DNA of 33,649 nucleotides from Puniceicoccales bacterium (GTDB lineage Bacteria; Verrucomicrobiota; Verrucomicrobiia; Opitutales; JAIRLM01): NCBI GenBank assembly GCA_031258995.1, contig JAIRMB010000038.1, positions 1 to 33,649 of the forward strand, read 5' to 3'. Shown piece by piece: positions 8,223 to 17,263 of this stretch (position 1 is its first letter; each line of letters starts with the position of its first letter). The notes under the pieces were generated by a model. It saw only the letters and a program-made list of their open reading frames with translations, ran no database searches and was not told where the DNA came from. The position numbers and the translations under genes were made by a program.

Positions 8223-10488
8223 AGCGGCCCGCCTGCTGCATTTTCCACTCCTGCTCGCCTACATCATAGGAGGAATTGCGCTAAATTTTAGCGTAAACGG
8301 CACGTCCATCATACAGGCCCAAGGTACCATACGGCAAATCAGCGAATTGGGTGTGATTTTTCTCATGTTCTATATGGGACTGGAGTTCGACCTGCGCAAG
8401 CTGCGGCAGCTATTCGGGCCCGTGATTATCGCGCTGGTTTTTCAAACCCTATTCATGATTTTTTTAGGTAGGGCGATCGCACCATTTTTGGGCTGGGGTG
8501 GGCTGAACGGCTTATTTTTAGGCGGACTTTTGGCCATCAGCTCCACCATGATCGCCGTTCCCGTGCTGGCGGAGCAGGGTGCGCTGCAAAAAAATTTCGC
8601 CCGATTGGCCATGGGCCTTCTAATCTTCGAGGACATTTTGGCAGTCCTGCTCCTGGTTGTCCTTTCCGGCATTGCCATTACCGGCTACTTTGACTGGGAT
8701 GCCGTCGGCCGCATCACCTTCTTCGTCGGCGCCTTCGTACTGACAATTTTCTTCCTGGGCCGGCTCTCCATGCCTCTTTTCATCCGCATGGTGAAAAAAT
8801 TTCGCTCGGAAGAATTTTTCACGGTCGTCGTCGTTGGCGTTTTACTCGCCGTCGGCCTGCTGGCGGAAGCGGCCCATTTTTCCACGGCCCTCGGGGCCTT
8901 TTTGGCCGGCGCCATCTTTTGTAATACGGAAATTGCCGAAATTGTCGAAGAGACCATGCGCCCTATTCGTACGCTCTTTACGGCCATTTTTTTCCTCTCC
9001 ACGGGCCTGTCCGTTGACCTAAGTCAACTGGCGGCCTACGCCGGCCCCATTCTCCTGCTTACCTTCCTCGTTTTCGTCGTAAAAGTGTTGGCCTGTTTTC
9101 TCGGATTCTTTCTGAGCGGTCAGAGCGGAGAAGACAGCTTTCGAGCGCCCATGGCCACGGCACAGATCGGCGAATTTAGTTTTGTCATTGCTTCTCTAGG
9201 CACCTCTCTCGGAGTAACTAACAATAGTTTGCTCAGTTTGGCCATCGGCGTGTCCCTGGGCACCGCTTTCTGCACAGCCCTTTTGAGCCCCCGGGCTGGA
9301 GCAATTTTCCGATTTCTTATTCGCTTCTGGCCCAAGTCTCTACTGAAATTCGGCCGCATTTATCGGGAGACGCTCACCACGATCGGTCTCCGCTTTTCCC
9401 AAAACAAATCCCTTAATTTTGCCCTGCGGCCGCTGGTTTACATCGTAGTAAATGCGCTGCTTTTTTTCTCACTTTTGACGCTCGCCTCCTACGCGATCCG
9501 CTTCGTGGATCGCGTGGCCCTCATGGACTATCTAGATTGGCATATGTCTCTGGCCATTTGGGCCATCGCCGCTCTCCTCTCCTTGCCGCTCATCACCACA
9601 ATCGTTCGGCAGGTTAATGTCCTTTTCGTCGGCCTCATCGAAAACTCCCTCCTCTCCATCCGTGAGAAATCTAAGACCTTCCTACTTGGTCGATTAAGTG
9701 GTGTGTTCCAAACGGCCATTTTTTCCTTTTTACTGCTCCTTCTCGGTGGCATTTTTCTTTCCGTCGCCGCGCCGACCCTCCCCCGAGGCGTTCCACTCTA
9801 TGTCTTTCTAATGCTATTACTTTTGGCCGGTTTCCTTTTCCGTCGTCGCATGCTGCAGGTCAACAATCGCCTGGAGGGCTATTTCATGGCCACCTTCAGC
9901 CGCGACATTCACTCCCAACTGGCCAGCCAGAGGGAGACCGTGCTAAAGAAGCTTTCTGCCCAGTCCATCGAGGACCTAGACATGCTGGAGGTGCCACTCT
10001 CCGAAGAGCACTGCGGTTGCTACGTTTCCATCAGGGACCTGTCCCTACGGGAACGCTTTGGCGTTAGCATTATTGCGCTTCGGCACCGCAGCCATCTGCT
10101 CTTTTCCCCTCCGGCCGATTGCCTACTGGTTCCCGGCACAAGTCTCATTTTGATCGGTAATCGGGAGGACCTGGACCGAGTCCGCGGCTATTTCGCCACG
10201 CCGGCCGTCACAAGCGAGGAAATTCGAGAGGGATTGGAGGCCGTTGAGATTGCCTGTCTACCCCTCCATACCCGCCACGGTCTAGTGGGGAAAACTTTGG
10301 AGGAGAGTCAATTGCGCAAAAAATTTCGGGTCAACGTCGTAAAGATCCTGCGGAAGGAGGGACCGGTCCCCATGCCTCCTCCCTGCGAAGTTTTCCGCAA
10401 CGACGACGTACTGGTCTTGGCCGGCGAGGGAAGCGCCATCCGTCGCACGCAGGAACAGTTCGATTGCCTGTCGGTGGCGGAGGTCTGA
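8140..10488 (+). CDS. CPA2-family cation:proton antiporter with two C-terminal RCK_C (TrkA-C) domains
   Basis: Na+/H+ exchanger-type N-terminal half (GGIALNF..ELGVIFLMFYMGLEFDLRKL..FEDILAVLLLV). An extra block of about 4 TM helices follows. Two RCK_C-like repeats follow that (..VPGTSLILIGNREDLDRV.. and ..RNDDVLVLAGEGSAIRR..). Start uncertain. Confidence 0.9.
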   Translation: MLVESAAVAVDLVREFSWLLVVAAGSAIAARLLHFPLLLAYIIGGIALNFSVNGTSIIQAQGTIRQISELGVIFLMFYMGLEFDLRKLRQLFGPVIIALVFQTLFMIFLGRAIAPFLGWGGLNGLFLGGLLAISSTMIAVPVLAEQGALQKNFARLAMGLLIFEDILAVLLLVVLSGIAITGYFDWDAVGRITFFVGAFVLTIFFLGRLSMPLFIRMVKKFRSEEFFTVVVVGVLLAVGLLAEAAHFSTALGAFLAGAIFCNTEIAEIVEETMRPIRTLFTAIFFLSTGLSVDLSQLAAYAGPILLLTFLVFVVKVLACFLGFFLSGQSGEDSFRAPMATAQIGEFSFVIASLGTSLGVTNNSLLSLAIGVSLGTAFCTALLSPRAGAIFRFLIRFWPKSLLKFGRIYRETLTTIGLRFSQNKSLNFALRPLVYIVVNALLFFSLLTLASYAIRFVDRVALMDYLDWHMSLAIWAIAALLSLPLITTIVRQVNVLFVGLIENSLLSIREKSKTFLLGRLSGVFQTAIFSFLLLLLGGIFLSVAAPTLPRGVPLYVFLMLLLLAGFLFRRRMLQVNNRLEGYFMATFSRDIHSQLASQRETVLKKLSAQSIEDLDMLEVPLSEEHCGCYVSIRDLSLRERFGVSIIALRHRSHLLFSPPADCLLVPGTSLILIGNREDLDRVRGYFATPAVTSEEIREGLEAVEIACLPLHTRHGLVGKTLEESQLRKKFRVNVVKILRKEGPVPMPPPCEVFRNDDVLVLAGEGSAIRRTQEQFDCLSVAEV

Positions 10489-10611
10489 ATTTTTCCGCGA
10501 AAATGGGACGTGACCTGCTCCTGTGGAGGCGCTTTTAGATTCTCCGGATCCCGTTGCGAGAATGACTGCAAAACCCATTGACGGGTCACAACTCTGAATT
10601 TAGAAGGAGTT

Positions 10612-12783
10612 GTGGCTTCCCGTACCAGCGAAAGGCCCGCCTCTACGCCGGTCGAATGGCCTAAGAGACGCCTGCGCGGCATCACTTACGGCTGTCTGGC
10701 CGCTCTGCTTCTGCTGGCCCTATTCGGCTATGACCCGGCCCAATGTCCCTGGCTCAGTACGATGGCGACCGCTCCGGACGGCCCCCATAATCCCATCGGC
10801 ACTTTCGGACTTTCTGTCACCTTCGGTGGCCTATCCGCATTGGGACTGGCCTACCTGCTAATTCCCGGCTTCCTCCTCCGCGCTTGCCACTGCCACACCT
10901 TCCGCAGCAGCCGCCCCATGGGGCGGGGCCGATTTCGCGCCATGCTTCTCTCCGTCGCTCTCGCCCCGATTCTTTTGGCCCAATTGCAGAGCAACTTTGC
11001 CTTCCTCCGCTGCCGATTTTTGGAACGTTTTTTTCTGGACGGCCTTGGCGGCTGGGTCGGCGACATCGCCTACACCTACGCCTTTTTCACATTGCTCGGC
11101 AGCGCCGGCACCGCCCTAGCGGTTACCATTCCACTTTTTCTCGCCCTCTGGTGTGTCTTCACCGGTAAAAATTCTTTGCCGGAAGCTATGGAAGGACTGT
11201 TGGAAAAATTGAACCGTCTCCTACGCGTCCCGTTCCTCTTCCTTCGGCGGCTAATTACATTTCCCTTCGGTCGCGGAAAAACGACGGAGCCGAGTGCCTT
11301 TGCGCTACTGGAGGAAGTGCAGGGAAATCTGCCCATAGCCGGCGTGGAAGAGGGCGAGATCCCAGAAGAACTGGACGGCGTGGACGACGCACTCTTGGCC
11401 ATGAAGCGGGGGTCCGTCCAGGGTGAGCTCTTTGAGGGGGACTCTTTTGCCCAGCCCGTCTCGATCGAGCCCTACGTTTTTCCTCCCCTGGATCTGCTCG
11501 ACGGCCCTAAGGAATGCGGAGACGGCGGCATAGCCAGAGACGTATTGGCGTTGGAGTTGCGGGAGGCGCTGGAGCAGTTCGGCGTTGAGGTAGAGATCGG
11601 CGAGATCCAGTCGGGGCCCGTCATCACCCGTTTCGAAGTTCTGCCGGCACCTGGCATTCGGGTGGAAAAGATCGTCTCCTTGGACAAGAACATTGCCCTC
11701 ACTCTGCGGGCCCCGTCGGTCCGAATCCTAGCCCCCGTACCCGGAAAGAATTGCGTCGGCATCGAAGTTCCCAATGCCCAACCAGCTCCCGTTTGCCTGC
11801 GGGGCATTTTGGAATCGGAGGAGTGGCGCAATAAGACGGCGGAGATCCCCATCGTCCTAGGTCGAGGCGTGACCGGCGAGCCGCTCATCGCCGACCTGGC
11901 ACGCATGCCACACCTGCTCATCGCCGGCGCCACCGGTTCCGGAAAGACGGTCTGCATTAACTCGATCTTGGCCTCCTTTCTTTTCCATGCCTCACCGGAG
12001 GACTTGCGGCTCATCTTGGTGGATCCAAAAATTGTGGAAATGCAGGTTTACAATCGGCTTCCCCACATGCTGTTGCCCACGCTAACGGATCCCAAAAAAG
12101 TACCTAACGCGCTCCGCTGGCTCATCGGCAATATGGAATGGCGCTATCATCTCTTTGCCAGCGTAGGCGTGCGGAACATCGCCGGCTTCAACGGGAAAGT
12201 CACCCGCACGCGGGAAGAAATGGAACGGGCCAACGCCCTCGAAAAGGAACTTTCTCCGGAAGAGCGGGCCGCCATGGCGGCCGTGCGGTCCGGCCGGCGG
12301 GAGGTAGCCGCAGTGCCTCGGCAAAAATTGCCCTACATAGTTTGCGTCATCGACGAGCTGGCGGACCTGATGTTGGTCGCCCCCGATGACATCGAAAATT
12401 CCGTCACCCGCCTCGCTCAACTGGCCCGGGCCGCCGGCATCCACCTCATCTTAGCCACACAGCGGCCGTCGGTGAATGTCATCACGGGGGTAATCAAAGC
12501 TAACTTGCCCAGCCGCATCGCCTTCAAGGTGGCTTCCAAAGTGGACAGCCGCACAATTCTAGATGCCAATGGCGCGGACAGCCTTTTGGGCCGTGGCGAC
12601 ATGCTTTTTCTGCCACCGGGCGCCTCTTCCCTCCAGCGTGCCCAGGGCGCCTGGGTGAGTGATGAGGAAATCAACCGGGTCGTGGACTTCCTTGCCCGTA
12701 GCGGTCCGCCCCGCTTCGACCGGCAGGCCATGGCCTTCGTAGAAAACCCGGAAGCAGCGGCGGGTCCTGCGGGGACCGATTGA
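10612..12783 (+). CDS. ftsK: DNA translocase FtsK (motor domain present, no gamma domain visible)
   Basis: N-terminal TM helices, Walker A LIAGATGSGKTV, Walker B YIVCVIDELADLM, ILATQRPS. GTG start preceded by AAGGAG. Confidence 0.93.
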   Translation: MASRTSERPASTPVEWPKRRLRGITYGCLAALLLLALFGYDPAQCPWLSTMATAPDGPHNPIGTFGLSVTFGGLSALGLAYLLIPGFLLRACHCHTFRSSRPMGRGRFRAMLLSVALAPILLAQLQSNFAFLRCRFLERFFLDGLGGWVGDIAYTYAFFTLLGSAGTALAVTIPLFLALWCVFTGKNSLPEAMEGLLEKLNRLLRVPFLFLRRLITFPFGRGKTTEPSAFALLEEVQGNLPIAGVEEGEIPEELDGVDDALLAMKRGSVQGELFEGDSFAQPVSIEPYVFPPLDLLDGPKECGDGGIARDVLALELREALEQFGVEVEIGEIQSGPVITRFEVLPAPGIRVEKIVSLDKNIALTLRAPSVRILAPVPGKNCVGIEVPNAQPAPVCLRGILESEEWRNKTAEIPIVLGRGVTGEPLIADLARMPHLLIAGATGSGKTVCINSILASFLFHASPEDLRLILVDPKIVEMQVYNRLPHMLLPTLTDPKKVPNALRWLIGNMEWRYHLFASVGVRNIAGFNGKVTRTREEMERANALEKELSPEERAAMAAVRSGRREVAAVPRQKLPYIVCVIDELADLMLVAPDDIENSVTRLAQLARAAGIHLILATQRPSVNVITGVIKANLPSRIAFKVASKVDSRTILDANGADSLLGRGDMLFLPPGASSLQRAQGAWVSDEEINRVVDFLARSGPPRFDRQAMAFVENPEAAAGPAGTD

Positions 12784-12805
12784 GGCGGCACACCGCAGAA
12801 AGCGT

Positions 12806-14335
12806 TCAATCTTGCACGTTCTTTGCCCGCACCTGCAGGTAGTCAAACAGGGCCTTCACACAGACAAACTGATGCGATCGACGTGAAATTTGAACAATCT
12901 TTTGCCCAAGGGCGGCCTTTGCCACACGAACTTTTTCTTGAAACGCCGGTTGCGCCTGAACTTTTGCGGAAATTGTGTTCCGATTGAGTTTCAAAATGGC
13001 GTCCACGATATCGTCCGGAAACGTTTTCAAGCTGGAGCTTTTCTTGATCGCTTGCGCGAAAATTTCCGCCAGCGTATCCTCGTTCGGAATTTCGATGGCG
13101 CTTCCGTAATCATCAAGTGCACCGCTCTTGAAATCTTCCAGACCCACTTTCAGGGCAGGGGCAACGACTTTGGCGCAATCGCCGGCAAACTTTTGGGCCA
13201 TAAGTGCCGCCAGGCTTTTCCGAGAAAAAATATCCTCTAGAGCAGCCATAAAGCCGTCACCAAGCGACGGAAGCACCATCCCTTTCGCCTCATACCCTTG
13301 AATATCGGCCTTGAGAAAGTCTACAAGGCAAGTGCCAAGAAGAGCCCCACAGCGCTGACTTCCGCCGCACTGCCGTAAAAACTCCTTCCTGGGGTCACTC
13401 GGCTGCGCGCCGTCCCACTTCCAACCATCCCCCAACTTCTCCCAGGCCCGATCCACCACGGCAGATGCGCGAGTCTCCTCACCCAGCCCGAGGGAATCTA
13501 CCAAAAATGGAAAGAATTGACCCATGTAGCGACCGTGGCTTATAAATAGCGGCAAATGCCGCACCATGAATGCGTCAATTTCACCACTCTCCACGCCGCT
13601 CGGGAAGAAGAAATTCCGAACTTCGCCGTATTTTTCTAGCGGTGAAGACAGCCCCAACCGATTCACAACAAAATCGACGTCCCGGGAAAGGAGTGGAGTA
13701 CGATTGATAAGAAAGCGGAACGATGTGGTGGGCGAGAAAACCCCCATAAACGGCACACAGAGAGCAGCAAGAGGGAAGAAGAACGCCTTTCGAGTTAGCG
13801 CAGCTTCGACATCCGCTTTATCTTTGCCACCTTTCGGCCTACGAACAACCTGTACGATGGAAGCGGTGACTCCGACGACGAAAATAAGCGGAAGAAAAAA
13901 AATGCCAACGGCGGAAAGGACCCGCCAGGCCATCGGAGCAGCCTTCACCATCTGCTGTTGCCGATCGTCGAGCCCTAGCGGGGTGCAGCTCTCCGATGAA
14001 AAATCTACATCCGTTAAAACGCTCAGCATTATTGCTATGGCGGAAACTGCCGACTGGGCACTTGGAGGTTTACCGGATACGCGGAGCGGATTCGAACATA
14101 TCGAAGCCGGCGTAGAGGAGGGAGCATTACTCATGCGACGATATATGGTCGGAATCATCCAAAAGTCAATCGCAAATAAAAGCGGAGAAGACGAGCAATG
14201 GAAAATTCTTTGCAAAAAACGAAAACACCCGGCTTGCCGCTTTTGCAGACCCTCATCCCGGACGATGGGCCATCGGAACACATCTAACTGGCTGGCGGAA
14301 AGTTTGGACATCGCCGAGCGGGCCCGAAGGGCCAA
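12806..14335 (-). CDS. hypothetical membrane protein
   Basis: 509-aa ORF, last gene of the minus-strand island. Two hydrophobic segments (MAWRVLSAVGIFFLPLIFVVGVTASIVQVV and AFFFPLAALCVPFMGVF) are separated by a basic loop. No motif recognised. Start unclear (TTG 14335, ATG 14311 or ATG 14134; none has a clear SD). Confidence 0.65.
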   Translation of the reverse strand: MALRARSAMSKLSASQLDVFRWPIVRDEGLQKRQAGCFRFLQRIFHCSSSPLLFAIDFWMIPTIYRRMSNAPSSTPASICSNPLRVSGKPPSAQSAVSAIAIMLSVLTDVDFSSESCTPLGLDDRQQQMVKAAPMAWRVLSAVGIFFLPLIFVVGVTASIVQVVRRPKGGKDKADVEAALTRKAFFFPLAALCVPFMGVFSPTTSFRFLINRTPLLSRDVDFVVNRLGLSSPLEKYGEVRNFFFPSGVESGEIDAFMVRHLPLFISHGRYMGQFFPFLVDSLGLGEETRASAVVDRAWEKLGDGWKWDGAQPSDPRKEFLRQCGGSQRCGALLGTCLVDFLKADIQGYEAKGMVLPSLGDGFMAALEDIFSRKSLAALMAQKFAGDCAKVVAPALKVGLEDFKSGALDDYGSAIEIPNEDTLAEIFAQAIKKSSSLKTFPDDIVDAILKLNRNTISAKVQAQPAFQEKVRVAKAALGQKIVQISRRSHQFVCVKALFDYLQVRAKNVQD

Positions 14336-14354
14336 GAAGAACCCGTCTTATCTC

Positions 14355-14834
14355 TCACCGATCAAATACCTCCGCCATGATACGAAAAAGACTCACGTTA
14401 TAAGAGCAAACAACGTCGTAATTAGAACTTAATCGTACGCTCGGGCTTGCAATAAGACGGAACAGCAGACACCTTAAGAAATCTTTATCACCACTGGAAA
14501 GTGTTTTTATTTTCCCGCGGGCTGTGACAGTATTGAGCAAATGCGAAATTTCAACAAGAGGTTCCGACTGATCTTTATCGTCAAATGCGTTGAGCAACTG
14601 TAGTTGTGGAGCGATGGCCCGAACTTCTCCGACTGCGGAGCTAAGTGCCCGCCTGTACAGCTCTTTGTCGCAACGGGCACTCCTGGCGGCACGCAACTCA
14701 CCTTCTAGCATTGCCTTCGTCGTAACGTCGTCGCACGAATCGACCGCACCGGCAAGCGCAACAATCGCAGGATCCCGCCCCTCGCAACCTAGGGCCTGCT
14801 CGTACCTATCAAAAGCGGCATCCGACGCGTTCAT
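14355..14834 (-). CDS. hypothetical protein
   Basis: I place the start at ATG 14834, preceded by GAGGGGG. It overlaps the upstream stop as ATGA (14831-14834). The track ORF extends to 14897. Confidence 0.55.
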   Translation of the reverse strand: MNASDAAFDRYEQALGCEGRDPAIVALAGAVDSCDDVTTKAMLEGELRAARSARCDKELYRRALSSAVGEVRAIAPQLQLLNAFDDKDQSEPLVEISHLLNTVTARGKIKTLSSGDKDFLRCLLFRLIASPSVRLSSNYDVVCSYNVSLFRIMAEVFDR

Positions 14835-15499
14835 TGCGCCCCCTCTTTCTTTTCGCCGGGCCGAGAACACAGCCCCAACTTCCAGCCGATGAAACAAAAA
14901 AACGCGGCAAACGCCGCCGCTATTTCTGAAAAAAACGTTCTAGCAGACCCTGCAGGAAGAGTCGTTTTTTTTTCACCCCGCGCCTCAGCCTCTAGCCGAT
15001 CGGCCTCCTGATTAAGTGCGGCTACACGCTTTCGGAGCGCATCATTTTCAGACTCCGCAATCTCACCCCTCATGACGCTCTTTTCCAGGGAGTCACGCGG
15101 AACTACCGAGTCGCGAGTTTTCGGATCCCTGATCAGACGAAGGCGCTCCTCCTCCTCCTCTTTGACCTTCTGCAACTCAGCCGCAATCTCCGGCTTATAT
15201 TTCTCCTCCACCTCACGGGCGACGATTTCATCAATCTCCTGCCAGGAAAGGCCATCGTAGTCGCGCAACTCGCGGACGATCTGCATGATCTCCCCCGACC
15301 TTTGGTGGCAATACCCCACTCTGCAGAACACGGAAAACTCAGCCGCCCTATCGGACTTTTGGCCCGGACGCTCCACGCGCGGCGGCCTTGTAGTTTGTGG
15401 TACCGCAAGGGCCCCAGGTCCCACGTCGATCTCCTCAACGCGGGGAGCGCCACGATACATCGGAATTTGAATGGCGTCCATCAATCTTTCTCCTATCAC
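14831..15499 (-). CDS. coiled-coil protein with C-terminal hydrophobic tail anchor (island family B)
   Basis: Likely start ATG 15481, preceded by AGGAGA. Glu/Arg/Ala-rich central region. C-terminus FFSEIAAAFAAFFCFIGWKLGL followed by basic residues. The N-terminus resembles that of ORF 19364-19828. Confidence 0.65.
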   Translation of the reverse strand: MIGERLMDAIQIPMYRGAPRVEEIDVGPGALAVPQTTRPPRVERPGQKSDRAAEFSVFCRVGYCHQRSGEIMQIVRELRDYDGLSWQEIDEIVAREVEEKYKPEIAAELQKVKEEEEERLRLIRDPKTRDSVVPRDSLEKSVMRGEIAESENDALRKRVAALNQEADRLEAEARGEKKTTLPAGSARTFFSEIAAAFAAFFCFIGWKLGLCSRPGEKKEGAQ

Positions 15500-15518
15500 C
15501 TAATCACCAACATTTCAC

Positions 15519-15770
15519 TCACGCCTTCGCCAACAGGGCGTCGATATCCGCCTTCGGCATGCCGGAAAGAAGCGCCCGGATATCGTCATCTTTAATGGAG
15601 TACACTGAAGGGTGGAATGCCCCCCACAGCGCACTGGACTTATCGTACGCCAGCTGCCGCAGAACTATCTGCCGCTTAGCTTGCTCGGCACGAGCAAGCG
15701 CTTGCGCCTCATCTATCTCCAACCGGGAGCGATCCGCTGCCTTTACGGCCTCCACCTCCGCCGCATTCAA
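15519..15770 (-). CDS. hypothetical protein; probable C-terminal half of a split family A gene
   Basis: TTG start with no SD. In the same frame as 15837-16142, separated from it by one TAA and 22 sense codons. Aligns to the C-terminal part of ORF 19825-20514. Confidence 0.45.
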   Translation of the reverse strand: MNAAEVEAVKAADRSRLEIDEAQALARAEQAKRQIVLRQLAYDKSSALWGAFHPSVYSIKDDDIRALLSGMPKADIDALLAKA

Positions 15771-15836
15771 TTCGGCAACGGTCTTCTTGGATGCAGCGCC
15801 CGCCTCCTCGCCAACTAGCCCGAGGATTGCAATAAT

Positions 15837-16142
15837 TTAAGCTCTGGATGCGGCCCTGTCCTGCTCCGGCAACGTTAGATACGCCTCCATTAGACAGCCC
15901 AGCACAGCGGCCGACTTAACACCGCTGTGGTATGCCACTATGGCCATTGTCACGTTAGTGTGCAGCCTCCGTATGTCGGCAAGCTGCGGCGCATAGAGAT
16001 TGACCGTCGCAAATTCCTTCGCGCCTGCGGCCGAACTTATGACGGAGAGTACGGTCTCCCTCTCCCTTTCTAGGCCGACTAGAGACGTCTCAAGCTTCGC
16101 AAGGGCCACGGCCTCGCTCATTGGTGGTATTTTGTCGCTCAT
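15837..16142 (-). CDS. hypothetical protein; probable N-terminal half of a split family A gene
   Basis: 101-aa ORF. Aligns to aa ~18-105 of ORF 19825-20514 (for example NVTMAIVAYHSGVKSAAVLGCLMEAYLTLPEQD against NVGAIVIPMLSKGVCVPSVQSCILAAATFAMAPDEE). Confidence 0.55.
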   Translation of the reverse strand: MSDKIPPMSEAVALAKLETSLVGLERERETVLSVISSAAGAKEFATVNLYAPQLADIRRLHTNVTMAIVAYHSGVKSAAVLGCLMEAYLTLPEQDRAASRA

Positions 16143-16319
16143 TGCGGGCCTTTGGGGGCCATTCCGCGACGAAAGTCAACTAAAAAGAGGACCATATCAC
16201 ATATTTTTAATTGGTCCGCTATGGTATGCGGCTGTGAGGAATTTGCAGTGAATTTTACTTCGCCGCCGCGTTCGCAATTGTGTGAAATTTATTTGACAGG
16301 TCCTTTGTCGATCTCCATG

Positions 16320-16720
16320 CGATTGCGGCTGAGGGGAAGGCACCCGCTCGCGGGCTTGCCGGCGAGAGGAAAGTCCGGACATCGCAGGGCAGGACTCCCG
16401 ATGAAAGTCGGGGCGGGGCGTGGAAACGCGCTTCGACGGCCAGTGTCACAGAAAAGAAACCGCCCGCGCAAGCGGGTAAGGGTGAAAAGGTGGGGTAAGG
16501 GCCCACCGCGCCGGCGAGCGATCCCGGCGGCAGGGTAAACCCAGTCCGATGCAAGGCAGAATAGGGAGCCGGGTGGCCCGCCCGACGGTTCCGGGTATGC
16601 CGCACCGGCGGACCTTCGCGGATCCGCTGGAGCCTCCGCAGGGAGGCTAGATGAATGGGTGCCGCGGCCCGAAAGGGCCGAACAGAATCCGGCTTACCCC
16701 TCGATATTTTCGGCCGCAAA
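16320..16720 (+). ncRNA. rnpB: RNase P RNA, bacterial type A
   Basis: Universally conserved blocks GAGGAAAGTCCGGAC (16366-16380), GGGTAAGGGTGAAA, and ACAGAATCCGGCTTAC (16682-16697). Terminal pairing of TTGCGGC..GAGGGG (16323-16336) with CCCCTC..GCCGCAA (16697-16719). Ends are approximate, within about 10 nt. Confidence 0.9.
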
Positions 16721-17204
16721 TTTGGCTGGCAAATGGGACGGAATCACTCCGTAAAAAGTTCCATTCTCCCACGTGTTCTTTCCAAAATGGTCTCCATGGC
16801 ACGAATGGAACTCGGAATGCGGGCATGCTGCTGCGGGTACCCCCAGCACAAAATCGCCGGCCCCACGACGCCCCCGTCGCCGCATTGCTTTTGCAGGACG
16901 ATCTTGGCCACGAATTTGGCATCTCGAAGGATCAATTTCCCAAAGTTTTCCGAAACCCAAGAAGGATCGAAGACCTCATCGGGGATCGCTGCACTAACAG
17001 TGGCAAAATTTTCGACGGAAGTAATGCCTTTAGTTACTGAAGGCGAATCTTCATTGTTTTTTTGTAAGTAGACTCGAATATGGCCTGCCTTCCATCCAAT
17101 AGGAAGCGTAACTCATGCAGCAGAGTCTCTTCGCCAATAAGTCCCTCAGCCGCTGGGCGACAAATCCAAGAACGCTTGTAGTAGATCCCAACCGTCTTAT
17201 CCAT
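16694..17204 (-). pseudogene. frameshifted ORF of unknown function (three frame segments)
   Basis: Segment 1, from ATG 17204: MDKTVGIYYKRSWICRPAAEGLIGEETLLHELRFLLDGRQAIFESTYKK, ending just after an A7 run. Segment 2, in another frame: SPSVTKGITSVENFATVSAAIPDEVFDPSWVSENFGKLILRDAKFVAKIVLQKQCGDGGVVG. Segment 3, in the third frame: GDFVLGVPAAACPHSEFHSCHGDHFGKNTWENGTFYGVIPSHLPAKFAAENIEG. Each segment looks protein-like only within these limits. Confidence 0.4.
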
Positions 17205-17263
17205 GACAATATTCTATGTATGTGAAGAAAAGTAGGAAAGACACGCAAAATGAAATTTTAAAA

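Noticed and set aside
16255-16719. 154-aa minus-strand ORF and several + ORFs across 16150-16720
   Set aside because: They overlap the RNase P RNA gene. The region is explained by rnpB, and the translations are Arg/Pro/Gly-rich.
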